Shown here one piece after another: positions 39,561 to 53,700 of a stretch of DNA of 64,000 bases. Within the stretch, counting starts at the first letter, position 1. Each line of letters begins with the position of its first letter. The stretch comes from Octopus bimaculoides (lineage: Eukaryota): NCBI RefSeq assembly GCF_001194135.2, contig NC_068989.1, positions 81,041,487 through 81,105,486 of the forward strand, given 5' to 3'. The notes below the pieces were generated by a model. It was not told where the DNA came from, searched no databases, and was given only the letters and a program-made list of their open reading frames with translations. The position numbers and the translations under genes were made by a program.

Positions 39561-42019
39561 GCTAGGATGTTTTTATGTATAACAGCTATTCTGACCTAGA
39601 TATGTAAATATCAAGTCACACATAACAATATGTAAATAGTATACAAGTCACACATAAACTTTGTAGTGCGTCTGCTGATTAAAGTTGAAGTGTTTCCTAG
39701 CTCTGGAGTAGAAATCTTTGGAAATGTTAAGTATTTATGGTCTCCATAAAAGGTCATCAGAGTTTGTTTGACCAAAAGTTTGTCATGAGGCCGTGAATTC
39801 AAGGGTTTTATATGTTCTTTATGGATAGAGAAGGAAAAAGTTGAAGTGTTGTGAAGCTGTTTTCTTTAATATATGTAGCAGCTGGTATAAAGCCACCTCC
39901 ATCAATGCTATACCCTCACTCAGTTGAGGAGTTGTCTTGCAAATTATTTGGTGACCTCACTAGTGCTGGTGCCACAGGGAAAGCACCCAGTGCACTCCAT
40001 AATCTTGTTGGCATTAGGAAAGGCATCCAGCCATAGAAGCCATGCCAAAGCAGACACTGGAGCTCAGCACACTCTCCTAGTTTGTTAGTTCTTATTGAAC
40101 CATTCAACCCATGCCAGCATGGAAAATGGACATTAAATGAGGATAATGATAGAAACTAGATTGCCATTACATCCACAGTTAAGGTTGTTTTTCAGCTCTC
40201 TGTTCATTTTAGACAGAGTGATTTGGCATGAGGTGTCTATATTTAGGTTGCATATGGATGAAGCCTATATTGAAAGAGTTAAAAGTAAATGAGGGCTGGT
40301 ATCATTTTTACTGGAGTGTTTGTAGTTAGATGTAGCAGCCAGAACAGGTTCATCATTTAAGATTGTGTGGTTCAACTAGTATGAAGCTTCAAGTTCAAAG
40401 CATCAATTATAGTAGTGGTAGAAGAGAGAATTAACGAGTCTGAAGATTATTGGTATTTCAGTGTGTGTATCTTTGCCAATCATATACAGAAGGAAGAGAA
40501 GGTTATAGGCAATTGAAGTAGCTAAAGAAGTAGAAGCTAGAATGTACAGCATAGGAAAAGACTAAAGTCTTTTAAGACACTCAGCAAGGAAGAGTTTATT
40601 GATCAGGTTGTATCTTTAATGAGAAGAAATATTTATAGCAATATTTTTCTTAACTGCTGTGATGGCAAGTACCAATGTTAAGCAAGAGTTTAGCTTCCAG
40701 TAAATATTAATGCAATCCAGTTTCAATTCCCAGAAGTAATTTTACATCATTTATATCCATAACGAACTTGGGGAAGAAATGAATGTCAGACATTCTTTCT
40801 CTTCCTATAAATATAATGTAATTTATGCCCAGTTACACAGAAATCAGTATTTCTCTATCCACAATGAATATGAAATTCACAGATGACCTGATCAATAGGT
40901 CGTTGACCTAATGACACAAAGGGCAATGGATCCTACCATATAATTGCCCCATATATTCCATTCTGACTCAGGCTAACATTGTATGGGTTTTGAGGATAAG
41001 ATGGAGTTCACTCCAGTAAGTAGCTAGATAAAACTGTATAACAATAAAGATTATTTATTTTATTTAAAGTCAGGTCAAACACTGTAAAATGGTTGGTGTT
41101 AGGAAGGGTATCCAGCTGTAGAAACCATGCCAAAGCTGACATCGGAGCCAGATACAGCTCTGTGGCTCATCAGGCCCTGTGAAACCACCCAACCCATGAC
41201 AGGATGAAAAAAAAAAAAAATGATAATGGTGATGGTGATGATGATAGCTATGATGATGATGATGACGATGACAATGACGGCAACAATGACAACAACGACA
41301 ATGTTGCAACAGCATCAAATCATCACCATCATCATAATCATCATCATCCTCACCACCACTACCACCACCACTACCACCACNNNNNNNNNNNNNNNNNNNN
41401 NNNNNNNNNNNNNNNNNNNNNNNNNNNNNNNNNNNNNNNNNNNNNNNNNNNNNNNNNNNNNNNNNNNNNNNNNNNNNNNNNNNNNNNNNNNNNNNNNNNN
41501 NNNNNNNNNNNNNNNNNNNNNNNNNNNNNNNNNNNNNNNNNNNNNNNNNNNNNNNNNNNNNNNNNNNNNNNNNNNNNNNNNNNNNNNNNNNNNNNNNNNN
41601 NNNNNNNNNNNNNNNNNNNNNNNNNNNNNNNNNNNNNNNNNNNNNNNNNNNNNNNNNNNNNNNNNNNNNNNNNNNNNNNNNNNNNNNNNNNNNNNNNNNN
41701 NNNNNNNNNNNNNNNNNNNNNNNNNNNNNNNNNNNNNNNNNNNNNNNNNNNNNNNNNNNNNNNNNNNNNNNACTGCTACTATCACCCCCACCACCACTGT
41801 CATTGTTGTCATCATAATTATTTATTGAGTACTTTGAGCCTTTAGGCTGTTGTTACACAATAAGGACATGAACTCTTGAATTTTGTAATTTTTTCTTTGT
41901 TTTTTTTCTTCTTTCTTTTTATTGCTCTTCCTGTTAGGGGTTTTCCACCATAATGGTGGCTTAGGTGGGATCTTGAAACTCGGAACATACAGAGCTACAA
42001 CAGATGTCAGAAAAGTAAT

Positions 42020-42290
42020 CTCATCATCATCATCATCATCGTTTAATGTCCGCTTTCCTGGCTAGCATGGGTTGGACGATTTGACTGAGGACTGGTGAAC
42101 CAGATGGTCACACCAGGCTCCAATCTGATTTGGCAGAGTTTCTACAGCTGGATGCCCTTCCTAACGCCAACCACTCCGAGAGTGTAGTGGGTGCTTTTAC
42201 GTGTCACCCGCACAAAGGCCAGTCAGGAGGTACTGGCAATGGCCACGCTCGAAATGCCACCTGCACAGGAGCCAGTCCAGCGATACTGGC
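42020..42290 (-). mobile_element. RTE 3'-tail repeat (family D)
   Basis: (CAT)n-GTTTAATGTCCGC...GGATGCCCTTCCTAACGCCAACCACTCC. Confidence 0.85.
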
Positions 42291-42996
42291 AATTACATTG
42301 TCATCTGACAATGTAATAATTCTACCAATTCACCACTTTGGACTGATACATTATTTATCGACCCCAAAAGGGTGAAAGACAAAGTTGACATTGGCTTAAC
42401 ATGAACTCAAAGTACTAGAGTACAGAGAGCTAGAACAAGCATCCACAAGCTATTTAATCTGAATCTCTAACGACTATGCCAAATTGCTGTTTTAAAACAG
42501 CTGTATGTATTGAAACACATCTTACAGTTATGTTTCCTCATAACATTAACCTTAAACTTATATATTATCAAGTTTTGTGTTAAGCAAACCAATTTCTCTC
42601 ATTTTACCTTCAGAGAAGGTCACTTCAGACTATAAGCAATTATCTTTTTTGCTTTTTCTGGCACTTTGGTAGAGAAAAATAGCACACAGAAAAAAAAACA
42701 TATGCCATTACATCTATGTATATATACCATTTCATAAATACCAAGCTGAAGAGGGGGAAACCCCTAAATGGCAACTTGCCATGCTAGAAATAGCATCTGG
42801 ATCTCCCTCAAATCAGGTAATATTGTTATAAAAGCAGGCAGGACATATTGGACAGCTTAGTTATAGACATATAATGCTTGAACCTCTGATTTTCCCCACC
42901 AAAGAAACAAATTCATGGGCAGAACATCTTTGACCATAGGTCAACTCAGTGAAGAAAGTCCTGGAGCTGAACAACACCACTAGCACTAGCACCACC

Positions 42997-43028
<32 letters not shown>

Positions 43029-43485
43029 CAACAACAAGACACTAAACAATTATGTTAAAACAAAAAACGTTTGTAAATTTTGTTATAAAAACCGATAATT
43101 GATCTATTAAATTAATGTGATTTATTACCATTATCATTAATGGACTTTCCTGGCTCGCTTAGATATTTCATATGGGTTTTTTTTTCTTTCCCTTTTTATT
43201 ATTTGAGTATACATTTTAAGCTAATTGAGTTTTGCTTTCAGCATTCTAAAATGCTCCATATTGATTTTAAAGAAAAATCTTATATTAAGATATTCGTTCT
43301 ATTCATTCAAATATGTGTGGCTTATTTAAAACAAATTGGCCGAGCATACTTTCTGAAAAAATTATGCCAAAAATACAATATGTATGTCTGTATATATATA
43401 TATGTGTGTATATGTGTGTGTGTACATGTATATACACACACCACACACATATATATGTATATATATATATATATGTATATGTATG

Positions 43486-43532
<47 letters not shown>

Positions 43533-44166
43533 NNNNNNNNNNNNNNNNNNNNNNNNNNNNNNNNNNNNNGCACACATACACATACACACCACACACACAC
43601 ACACACGTGTGCGCGGATTTAGTCTAACAATAATGTTGTAATCATTCAGAATATATCAAAATGTCAAAAGATGAAAAAAAAAAAAAAGAAGGAAAAATGC
43701 TGAGATAGAATAAAAGACCAAACAAATATATAAAAGAAGGAAAAAGAGAGAGAAATAATGATTGTAGTTGCAGCTTCACAAATCACCTTTCATTTCCAAA
43801 AGTTTCTGCCATTTCATTCATCATTATTGGTATTAGATCAAAAAATAGATGAAGAATGTTGATGTTGAGAGAAGCCACCAACCGTGCTACAAAAATAGTT
43901 GCTCTAAAAATATGTGCTACCTATTTTTCTTCTTTTTTTTTTGTCTATGTAAAAATATTATTCTATAATTCTGAATTGTAAAATCAGAATTATGGAATAT
44001 TTTCATGAAATTTTTCAGTCCAATGGTGTTGGATACTCTTGTGACATATTCTTAAAGAAAAAAACCTTGAAAATATGACAAGCAGCAAAATGAAAATTTG
44101 CTTGTATTGTAATTGTACACTCTAGAAAGAGTGACAACACATATCTCCCTGTAAGACACCTTAGGG

Positions 44167-44240
44167 CAGTGTTTCTCAACCTTTTTACCCTTGCATAACC
44201 CTTAAAATAAATTACATGTCTCAAGGAACCCATGCATAAA
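44167..44240 (+). mobile_element. hAT (Charlie-type) element end
   Basis: CAGTGTTTCTCAACCTTTTT terminus, truncated. Confidence 0.45.
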
Positions 44241-44300
44241 AAAAAAAAATTACATACAATATCTTTCTCATATTTTTTCATTGTAGTTCACATGGTAAAT

Positions 44301-44339
<39 letters not shown>

Positions 44340-44343
<4 letters not shown>

Positions 44344-45024
44344 GAGGTAGACCCAGGAAGACCTGGGATGAGGTGGTGAAGCATGACCTTTGAACATTGG
44401 GCCTCACCGAGGCAATGATTAGTGACCAAGACCTTTGGATATATGCTGTGCTTGAGAAGACTTGACAAGCCAAGTGAGACCATAACCCATGGTCTATACC
44501 AGTGGTGTATAACCAGTCCACTTATGAGTATCCTTCATTCATTGGACAATAAACTTTGCTTGCGAAGACTTGTTGAGGCAAGTGAAATCAAAATTGCTGA
44601 TGTGGCTGATGACAGTACTGCCTGATAGAAACTTGTGCCAGTGGAACGTTAAAAGCACCATCCGAGTGTGATCATTGCCAGGGCTACTGACTGGCTCCAA
44701 TGCCGGTGGCACGTAAAAAGCACCATGCGAGCATGATCATTGCCAGCATTGCCTAACTGGCACATGTGCCGGTGACACGTGAAAAACATCATTTAAGCGT
44801 GGTCGTTGCCAGTACCGCCTGACTGACCCTTGTGTTGGTGGCATGTAAAAGCAGCCACTACACTCTTGGAGTGGTTGGCGTTAGGAAAGGCATCCAGCTG
44901 TAGAAACTTTGCCAGATCAGATTGGAACCTGGTACAGCCTTCTGGCTCGCCAGTCCTCAGTCAAACCGTGCAACCCATGCCAGGATGGAAAGTGAATGTT
45001 AAACAACGACAATGATGATGATGA
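44340..45024 (+). mobile_element. RTE LINE 3' end (ORF C-terminus, tandem-repeat 3' UTR, (GAT)n tail)
   Basis: RGRPRKTWDEVVKHDL*TLGLTEAM followed by ~66-bp units and the GGCGTTAGGAAAGGCATCCAGCTGTAGAAAC...GTTAAAC..(GAT)n tail shared by many copies in the window. Confidence 0.85.
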
Positions 45025-46520
45025 TATATATATGTATATATAAATATATATATACATATATATAGGGTGTCCATAAGTTACAGACATCATTAAATATATC
45101 CCCAATGGTTGTTACATTTTTTTTTATAACATAATAGGTTAGACAGGATAAAGTCAATCTTGGTGGAATCTGAACTCAATGTAAAGAGTTAGAAGAAATA
45201 GCACATTTATTCCCGAGGCTCTACTGCTAACAATAATGGTTTCAAATTTTGGCACAAATTTTAGAGGAGGGGTGTAAGTCGATTGTAATAGTCCCAATAC
45301 TCAACTGGTATTTATTTTATCAATCCCCAAAGAATGAAAGGTAGAGTTAACCTCAGTGTCATTTGAACTCAGAACTTAAATCAGACAGAATGCCACAGAG
45401 CATTTTTGTCGATACTCTAATAATAATTATGAAACAGAAGAAAGGTGGGCAAATCAGAGGTGAGGGTCTAGGTTATAGAAGTGATAGACATTTTGTTAGT
45501 TTGTTGGAATAGAAACCATTTAGTAATTACAGTAACAGTAAAAGAGCCAGAGGAAAGATACAGTATGTTGCTGAACAAATGTTTGCCAATAAGTCAAACT
45601 ACATTTAATTAATTAATTAATTAATCTATCTATTTACTTATCTATTTTGTTGGGTGGTTACAATCTAGAATGTTTGTTGCATGTTACATATATGTGCATT
45701 GAAGGAAATTCAAACCAAAATATTGTTTGACTGAACTTTCCAAAGTACATTCCCTTCACATCTTGGATGTACTGGAAATCCATGCATACACACATACATA
45801 AAAAATACATAATCCACAATATGGTGGATTATGCATCTCCAACTAGCAGGTCATTGCTACTCCAGACTGATGACAAGCAAAGACTCAGAAACATGTCTCT
45901 GGATGCAGGCTTAGCTAAGTGGAGGTGCTTGTCTCTCCCTTGTAAACATAAGGACACAGGAAGCGGTGCTGCTTCCTAGGGCTAAATAGCAGTAGTATTA
46001 TTCCTTTCATGGGACTGTCACATTAAGTTGACAGCATCCAACTACTTTATCGCATCACTACTGCATAAATCTCTCTGAGAGATTTAGAAATGTATTATTT
46101 CTATATTTCTATATTTATATTTTTATATATTTATTATTTTAGGTTTTATAATTTTTTTAGATGCTGAAGTTTTAATTTTTTATATTGCGATAGACTGTAT
46201 TCACTTTTTTCTATATGCTTGTCTAAATGAAATATTGTTTCATTTTCTGTGATTTTGTACATCCGTATTCTATGTATAACAAAAAGCATTATGTTTCTTT
46301 ATATGTGATTAAATGTTCGAGATGTGATACATTAGTTGGATGACCTTGAATTTGTTGTTTGTTCTACAACCAAAGTTTGTTATACTCGTCTCGTTTACTT
46401 GAGCACTTCCCTTGCAGTCCTATTAACCCTCTTGTTCCTAATAAGAAACAATCACTATTATTGTTGATACATATATATCTGTGCATATGTTAGTATATAT
46501 GTGTGTGTATGTATGCATGT

Positions 46521-46825
46521 GAGTTATCAGAGGATGTGCAGATTAGTTATGGTTCAGTTCAGTCCATTATCACTAAAGATTTGAGTACGAGACGCGTGTC
46601 TGCCAAGTTTGTGCCAAAACTGCTTTCAGCTGACCAAAAGGACACTCAGGTTTTAGTTGCACAAGATCACATGCCACACACCTTCCTTCCAAGCACTGCT
46701 GTAAACAGCAGAAGTGAGCTAGAATGTTAAAACTTAGTGCGCACACACAGCAGAGTTCAAGGTCAATCTGTGTACTTTAGATTCATTACTATGGCAACAG
46801 TCTGGATACTTATTGAACAGGTCAC
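46521..46825 (+). mobile_element. Internally deleted mariner element
   Basis: ELSEDVQISYGSVQSIITKDLSTRRVSAKFVPKLLSADQK matches the mariner second HTH/WVP motif; a TIR-like CAGTCTGGATACTTATTGAACAG lies at ~46798-46820. Confidence 0.75.
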
Positions 46826-47062
46826 ATATGTGTGTGTGAATGTGTGTGTGTGTGTGTGTGTGTGCATACACATATATATATATACACTCACATATATATA
46901 TACACTCACATATATACACACTCATTTACAACTATTACACAATTTGAAAGTAATAAGACAGAAACATAATTACACAGACACCCACACACATGCATGCATG
47001 CATACAGGCATGCATACATATATATATACATACATACATACATACATACATACATACATACA

Positions 47063-47095
<33 letters not shown>

Positions 47096-47279
47096 GTGTG
47101 TATGACAGGCCTTTTTAAGTTTCTGCCTACCAAATCCAGTCATAAGGCTTTGGTCAGCTCAGAGATATTATGGAAAACACCTGTCCAAGTTGCTACACAG
47201 TGGGACTGATCTTAGAACTATGCGGTTTGAAAGCAAAATTCTTACCTCAAGGCTATGCCTGAGATATATATATATATAT

Positions 47280-47332
<53 letters not shown>

Positions 47333-48840
47333 AAGAGAGAGAGCAAGCAATTTATGAAAGTAGCAGTTGATCTGTATTTTGTATTGCTTATGTATGTTGT
47401 AGAGTTCATAAGGAAAAAGAAAACTATATATTATTGATTTGATTCTGGAAAATATTGTTTAGATATCAGTTTAATCGTTATTTACTCTTATTTGAATATA
47501 TGTCTTTATCATGAGAAAATTACATATGGTCGTTTTGACTTTGCATGTAGTAAATAAATAAAAAAAACAGAAAAAAGAAAATTTCAGTTACCATGTTTTT
47601 TTAAACACATTTCTGATGAAAAATAACAATCCAGAAAATTACGATGTTATTATTTAACAACAAATCAACTCAGACATTTAAACAAATAATTGTGAATATG
47701 ATGGAAAATTACACATACAAAGAGAAAGATGTGATATTTAGCAGTCACTTAGGCAATGATAATTTTTGACAAATGGCATGAAATTACAATAGAATCTGAG
47801 AGCGAGCTTTATGTAAAACCAGCCTGAACAATAATTATAGTATTATTAATACAAAAAAAGCACTTAAAGCTGAAAGTTATCTAATTACTTGACAAATACA
47901 GAGTTTGAAGTATAACAGTGTGAGATGACTTAAATTAAACTGTTATACCAGGAAGTGGCAGAATTGTTAGAACATTGCAAAAACTGTTTTTCGGTATTTC
48001 TTCTGGCATTTTACATTCCGAGTTTAAATTCCACTGAGGTCAACTTTGCCTTTCATCCTTTTTGTGGGTTGATAAAACAAATATAAGTTGAGTTCTGGGG
48101 TTGATGTAATCCACTAACCTCCTTACTCTGAAATTGCTGGTCCAGTGCCAAAATTTGAAACCACTATTCCTTCTCCTCCTCCTCCTCCTCCTCCTCCTCA
48201 CCATCATCATCATCATCATCATCACCACCACCANNNNNNNNNNNNNNNNNNNNNNNNNNNNNNNNNNNNNNNNNNNNNNNNNNNNNNNNNNNNNNNNNNN
48301 NNNNNNNNNNNNNNNNNNNNNNNNNNNNNNNNNNNNNNNNNNNNNNNNNNNCACCATCATCATCATCATCATCATCATCATCATTTAACGTCCGTTTTCG
48401 AAGCTGGCATGGGTTGGATGGTTTGCCAGGAACAGGCAAGTCAGAAGACAACACTAAGCTCTACTGTTTGCTTTGGTATGGTTTCTATGGCTGGATGCCT
48501 TTCCTAATGTACTGGGTGCTCTTTACATGGCACCAGCATCAGTGAGGTCACCAAATAACTTGCAGGACAAGACCCCTCAACAGTGGGGAGAGTAGTCTTG
48601 GGGGACAGTAAAGGTGTCTTGTATTAGAAGAGAGACATGGCTTCCTCAGATGGGGGAAGAGAGAGAGGAGAGAAAGATGGTAAAGCTATGACTAGGAGGG
48701 GGTAGGGGCTGAACACCCAAGTTACGGGGTGGTGTATATAGTGGAGTGGACTGGGGATTGGAGAGGGTGGGCAGGGCAGTGATTTCACAATCATTCAAAA
48801 GGTGGGTCAGAGTTAAAGGTTATAGGGAAGGGGTTTAACA

Positions 48841-49006
48841 GGGGTGGCTTAGTGGTTAGGGTGTTAGACTCATGATCATAAGATTGTGGTTTCGATTCCT
48901 GGACCAGCCGAAAGGTTGTGTTCTTGAGCAAAACATTTCATTTCATGCTGCTCCAGTCAACTCAGCTGGCAAAAATGAGTAATCCTGTGATGGACCAGTG
49001 CCCCAT
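48841..49006 (+). mobile_element. tRNA-derived SINE (family A-related), 3'-truncated
   Basis: GGCTTAGTGGTTAGGGTG head, TTCGATTCC B-box, CTCCAGTCAACTCAGCTGG core; related copies at ~5890-6110 (+) and ~62900-63040 (-). Confidence 0.75.
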
Positions 49007-49370
49007 CTAACCACTAAGCCACCCCTGTTAAGTCCCTTCCCTCTAACCCTTAACTCTGACCCACCTTTTGAACTATTGTGAAATCACTGACCTGCCAACC
49101 CTCTCCAATCTGCCACCACCAACAACACCACCACCACCACCGCCGCCATCGTCATCATCATCATCATCATCATCACCATGGAAACCAGGAAACTGGCCCC
49201 TGTGAGTTGGCAAGATTCAAGAAAGTAACTTTTTATTTAACAGGAGCATATTGTGTGCGGGTAGGTAGGTGAACACATGATGGAAAATGGAGGTGGGGGT
49301 GAACGGCAGTGGTGAGTATGAGTAGGAGAGAGAGGGTGTCATGGATATAGATTTTACTTTACTGGGTGCC

Positions 49371-49614
49371 AGGTTCTTTGTCATCTCCTTGGTGAGGCTC
49401 AACATCTCAAGATCATTTCAAACCACTTCGTCCCACATCTTCCTGGGTCTTTATCTTCCACAGGTTCTTTCCATATTTAGAGACTGGTACTTCTTTATGC
49501 AGCTGTCCTCATCCACTTACATCACATGACCATACCAGTGCAGCCTTCTCTCTTGTTCACTACAACTGATCCCTCTTATACCTAGTTTCTCTCTCAAAAC
49601 ACTTACACTTTGTC
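49371..49614 (-). mobile_element. RTE LINE ORF C-terminal fragment
   Basis: Minus strand gives LREKLGIRGISCSEQERRLHWYGHVM*VDEDSC...RPRKMWDEVV. Confidence 0.8.
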
Positions 49615-49617
49615 ATA

Positions 49618-50005
49618 CTCTCTTTTACTCTTTTACTTGTTTTAGTCATTTGACTGTGGCCATGCTGGAGCACCGCCTTTAGTCAAGCAAATCGACCCCG
49701 GGACTTATTCTTTGTAAGCCTAGTACTTATTCTATCGGTCTCTTTTGCCGAACCGCTAAGTGACGGGGACGTAAACACACCAGCATCGGGTGTCAAGCAA
49801 TGCTAGGGGGACAAACACAGACACACAAACACACACATATATATATATCTATATATACGACGGGCTCCTTTCAGTTTCCGTCTACCAAATTCACTCACAA
49901 GGCTTTGGTCGGCCCGAGGCTATAGTAGAAGACACTTGCTCAAGATGCCACGCAGTGGGACTGAACCCGGAACCATGTGGCTGGTAAGCAAACTACTTAC
50001 CACAC
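49618..50005 (-). mobile_element. tRNA-derived SINE, family B, near full length
   Basis: Reverse complement of 35725-36083 over its whole length. Confidence 0.9.
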
Positions 50006-50419
50006 AGCCGCTGGCTTCATTTCTTTCAAGCCATCACATGTACCATAGCTGTCCATACACAGACATCATACAGTCTGTCTTTCACAGTGGAAGCAAAGCC
50101 ATTGGTAACACACAAAGATAATAACTCTCAGAACTTTGCCCAGCTAGTTCTTATTCTAGTAACTACGTTTTCAGAGCAGCCTCCACCACTGCTTATTTGG
50201 TCACCTTGGTAACGAAAACTATCTACTACCTCCAAGGATCCCACATTTGAGGAAATCTATTTTCTGCACATTCTTAGTGTTCATTGTACGTGCACATCTA
50301 CCACATACAAAGAATACTTCCTCTGTTAACCTTCCTGTGATTCCACTGCACCTCTTATGTGTCCATAGTTTGCACTGGAATGTCTATCTATGCCTTATCT
50401 ACACAATAAAGGTGGTGGT

Positions 50420-50438
50420 GACATCATCATAATCGTCG

Positions 50439-50472
<34 letters not shown>

Positions 50473-50585
50473 AATCGTCATCATCATCATTATCATTATC
50501 ATCATCATCATCATTATCATCACTGCTTTCACCACCACCACCATCACCACTGCCGCCGCCACCACCACCACCACCACCGCCACCA
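50420..50585. repeat. (CAT)n/(CAC)n trinucleotide array
   Basis: Directly visible; similar arrays at ~41220-41380, 48170-48385 and 49120-49180. Confidence 0.95.
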
Positions 50586-50715
50586 GTGTATACCGTTTTT
50601 ACTTAATTTCTTTCTTTCCCTTTTTTTCATCCTTTCGTTATATATAGACCCCAACACTTTATGTCTGTCTTTGTATTGTACCCCTCACCCTTTACCCTTG
50701 AGACAAATAAATGAA

Positions 50716-50768
<53 letters not shown>

Positions 50769-53700
50769 CATTATTATTAAAGCAGCAAGATGGCTGAATT
50801 CTTAGCATGCCAGGTGAAAAGCTTAGTGGTATTTTATCTGCCACAATGTTCTGAGTTCAAATTCTGCTAAGGTTGACTTTGCCTTACATCCTTTTCGGGG
50901 TCATTAATTTAAGTACCTGTGAAACACTAATTCAATGTAATCGACTATCCCCCTTCCCCAAATTTCAGACCTTGTGCCTATATTAGAAAGGATCGTTATT
51001 ATTGTCATTACTCAGGCATAGTGTATCTAGAATTACATAATCCTATGTGTTCTTCATCTTAAGGTCAAGTGTGCAATGAACTGTAGTGTAAGTATTGATG
51101 ACACCATAGACTTATCAAAGACATCCCAGCTGTGACTGTTATCATTCTTAAAGCACTCAACACTTGATTTATGAGTGAAAGCTAAGCATTCAGCAGCTAA
51201 AAGATAGCAAGCTTGTGTGGTAGAACGAGCACAGCTTGAACATTTAACATGGATACAGTAAATTTTTCTGTTTCTGTTTCAGTATTTGCATAGAGAAAAT
51301 TTCTTGTTTAGATTTTGTTTAAATTTGTTATCATGTAATTTATGGTGTCGTCATCATTGTCGTCATCGTCATCATCATCATTAAAGTCATCGTCGTCGTC
51401 ATCATCTTCATCATCATCATCATCATCATCACTTTAATGACCACTTTTCTAAGCTTGCATAGGTCAGAGAGAATTCATTGAGATAGATTTTCTAAGGGTG
51501 GATGCCCTTCCTGTGCTCAACTCTAAACTTTTTCCAAGTAAGGCAATATTTTTGCTTGGGCTGAACATGTTTGCACAGAAGATTGGAAATTTGTCACATT
51601 GTTTGGTTGATGGGTGTCACTTACAACTCTCAAGTAATGTCAACACAAGGAGACACAAACACTCACACATACATGCACATATACACATACATACTTACAT
51701 ATATACATATACATAATACATACATAGATGAATAAATATANNNNNNNNNNNNNNNNNNNNNNNNNNNNNNNNNNNNNNNNNNNNNNNNNNNNNNNNNNNN
51801 NNNNNNNNNNNNNNNNNNNNNNNNNNNNNNNNNNNNNNNNNNNNNNNNNNNNNNNNNNNNNNNNNNNNNNNNNATATATATATATATATATAAACATAAA
51901 TCTCTCTCTCACTCTCTCTCTCTATATATATATGTGTGTGTATTCAATGATTTCCTTGAAGTTTTTGTTTGCTAAATACATTCATAACGCTTTGGTTAGC
52001 TTGGGGTTACTGTAGAAAACACTTGTCCAAGGTGCCACACAGTAGGACTGAACCCAAAATTATGTGGTTGGGAAATAAACTTCTTAACTACTCAGCCACA
52101 CTCGGTAAATTATTTTCCAAGCAATACATGACTATAAAATATAGTTTGATGTACATTTTTCAATGACAGCTTGAATTAAATGGCTCTGAAAACTTTTTAG
52201 CGTTTACAGTTTGAAATAGATATTTTTAAATTGTTTTCTTTTTAAAACTAATTTAAATGCTGAACATCGAAAGCAATTAACTGGTATCAATTTTCCAGTA
52301 TGTTTGATGGGAGAAAATCATTGATTTTACTGAGTTACTTTGAAGCTTTGACATAGTAGACCAGCACTTTAACTATTTCTCATTTTTTTTTATGGCATAG
52401 ATATAATGTTAAGAATAACATCCTCCAGCCACCATAAAATAGTTTCAATTCTATCACTACAACAGTTGCTATCAACAACAACAGCAACGACCCGAGAACA
52501 CTAGCTAATGAGTGAGCCAGTGTATCAAATCTTTCTCAGATCAGACATGGTTATCTGATAAAAAAAGAATACATTTTGGATAATGTAGTCCTAGATTTAC
52601 TATGCCTGAATAAAATAGACAGGGATGGTTAGAGCTGAAATGCTTTGGTTATAGATTTGCTTGTTATCAGGTCTAATTAGGGCTCTAAGACAACAACTGC
52701 AAACTGGGAGCATGTGGGTTCACAAATGAAATAACACAAAAAGGATATATATAGAGAGATGCTTAAATGTAGAATCACTCGAACAATAGCAAAATAACTA
52801 TTAAACTAGGATGACGATTATGATGAAATAATCATAGAAATAGACATAGCACTGATATTAATGGTTTGCACTGTAGTGAGGCCAAGAATCAAAACATAAT
52901 AGTTTTTGTAACTTAGATCAGATCCACTTAGATCAGGTGACATACTCTGGATGTCAACCAATCAGTTTACCTCATATTATTGAATGTTCCAATTGTTCCA
53001 GTATGCATAGGGGTTATAAAAGTAAAAGTGCACCAGAATCAGTGCAGAGGCTCGAGAAGGTTTCAAAGAAGATAGACAAACACAAGATTATTGGCCCTTG
53101 TGTTTAAAAGATTTACTTCATTTCTAATGCACTTCTCCGAGCATGTACCATGAACACAATATCTTCACTTCTCACCACATAAATAAGTAGGTAGCCAATT
53201 CTTAGTCCCAAATAAACAAGAGGCATGCATACGTTGTACGGACAACAAGTTTATAAGAGACAAGTTTCTAGGATACTATTTGGTCCATGGTTAAATGAAT
53301 CGCAAACTATGAAGAACAGAGTATTTTCTCCCACCTCTCATATGAAGCATATCTTTTCAGTTATTAATGTGAGTATAAACTACATTTGCTTCTAGCACAC
53401 CACAGTACACGACCAGCAAGCAACTTTGAAATTATGCAAATTTTGTGATATACTTCAGTAAAAATAAATATTAGCCAAACAATGTTTGGAGTTGGTTTTA
53501 TTATGGGACAGCAGCACACAGCCTTGATATCAAAACAGTATATCAAGACATATCAGACCAACCCAAAAGTAGAATATACTTTGTAATATCTAGTTTGTAA
53601 GCATCATTGTTAGTTTGATAGAATAATCATAATTTTTTTAACGCAGTATTAAATCAAAATAGTCATGTATGTATCATATCTAATGTATACACACTGTTGA

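Noticed and set aside
45970-46020. Similarity to ~54975-55026 (GG-TAAATAG-AGT...GGACTG-CAC) as a structured RNA
   Set aside because: Short, degenerate and most simply two remnants of one repeat end; no supportable fold.
52880-53105. ATG-poor ~75-codon plus-strand open frame in non-repetitive DNA
   Set aside because: No splice sites or recognisable motif; the length is compatible with chance.
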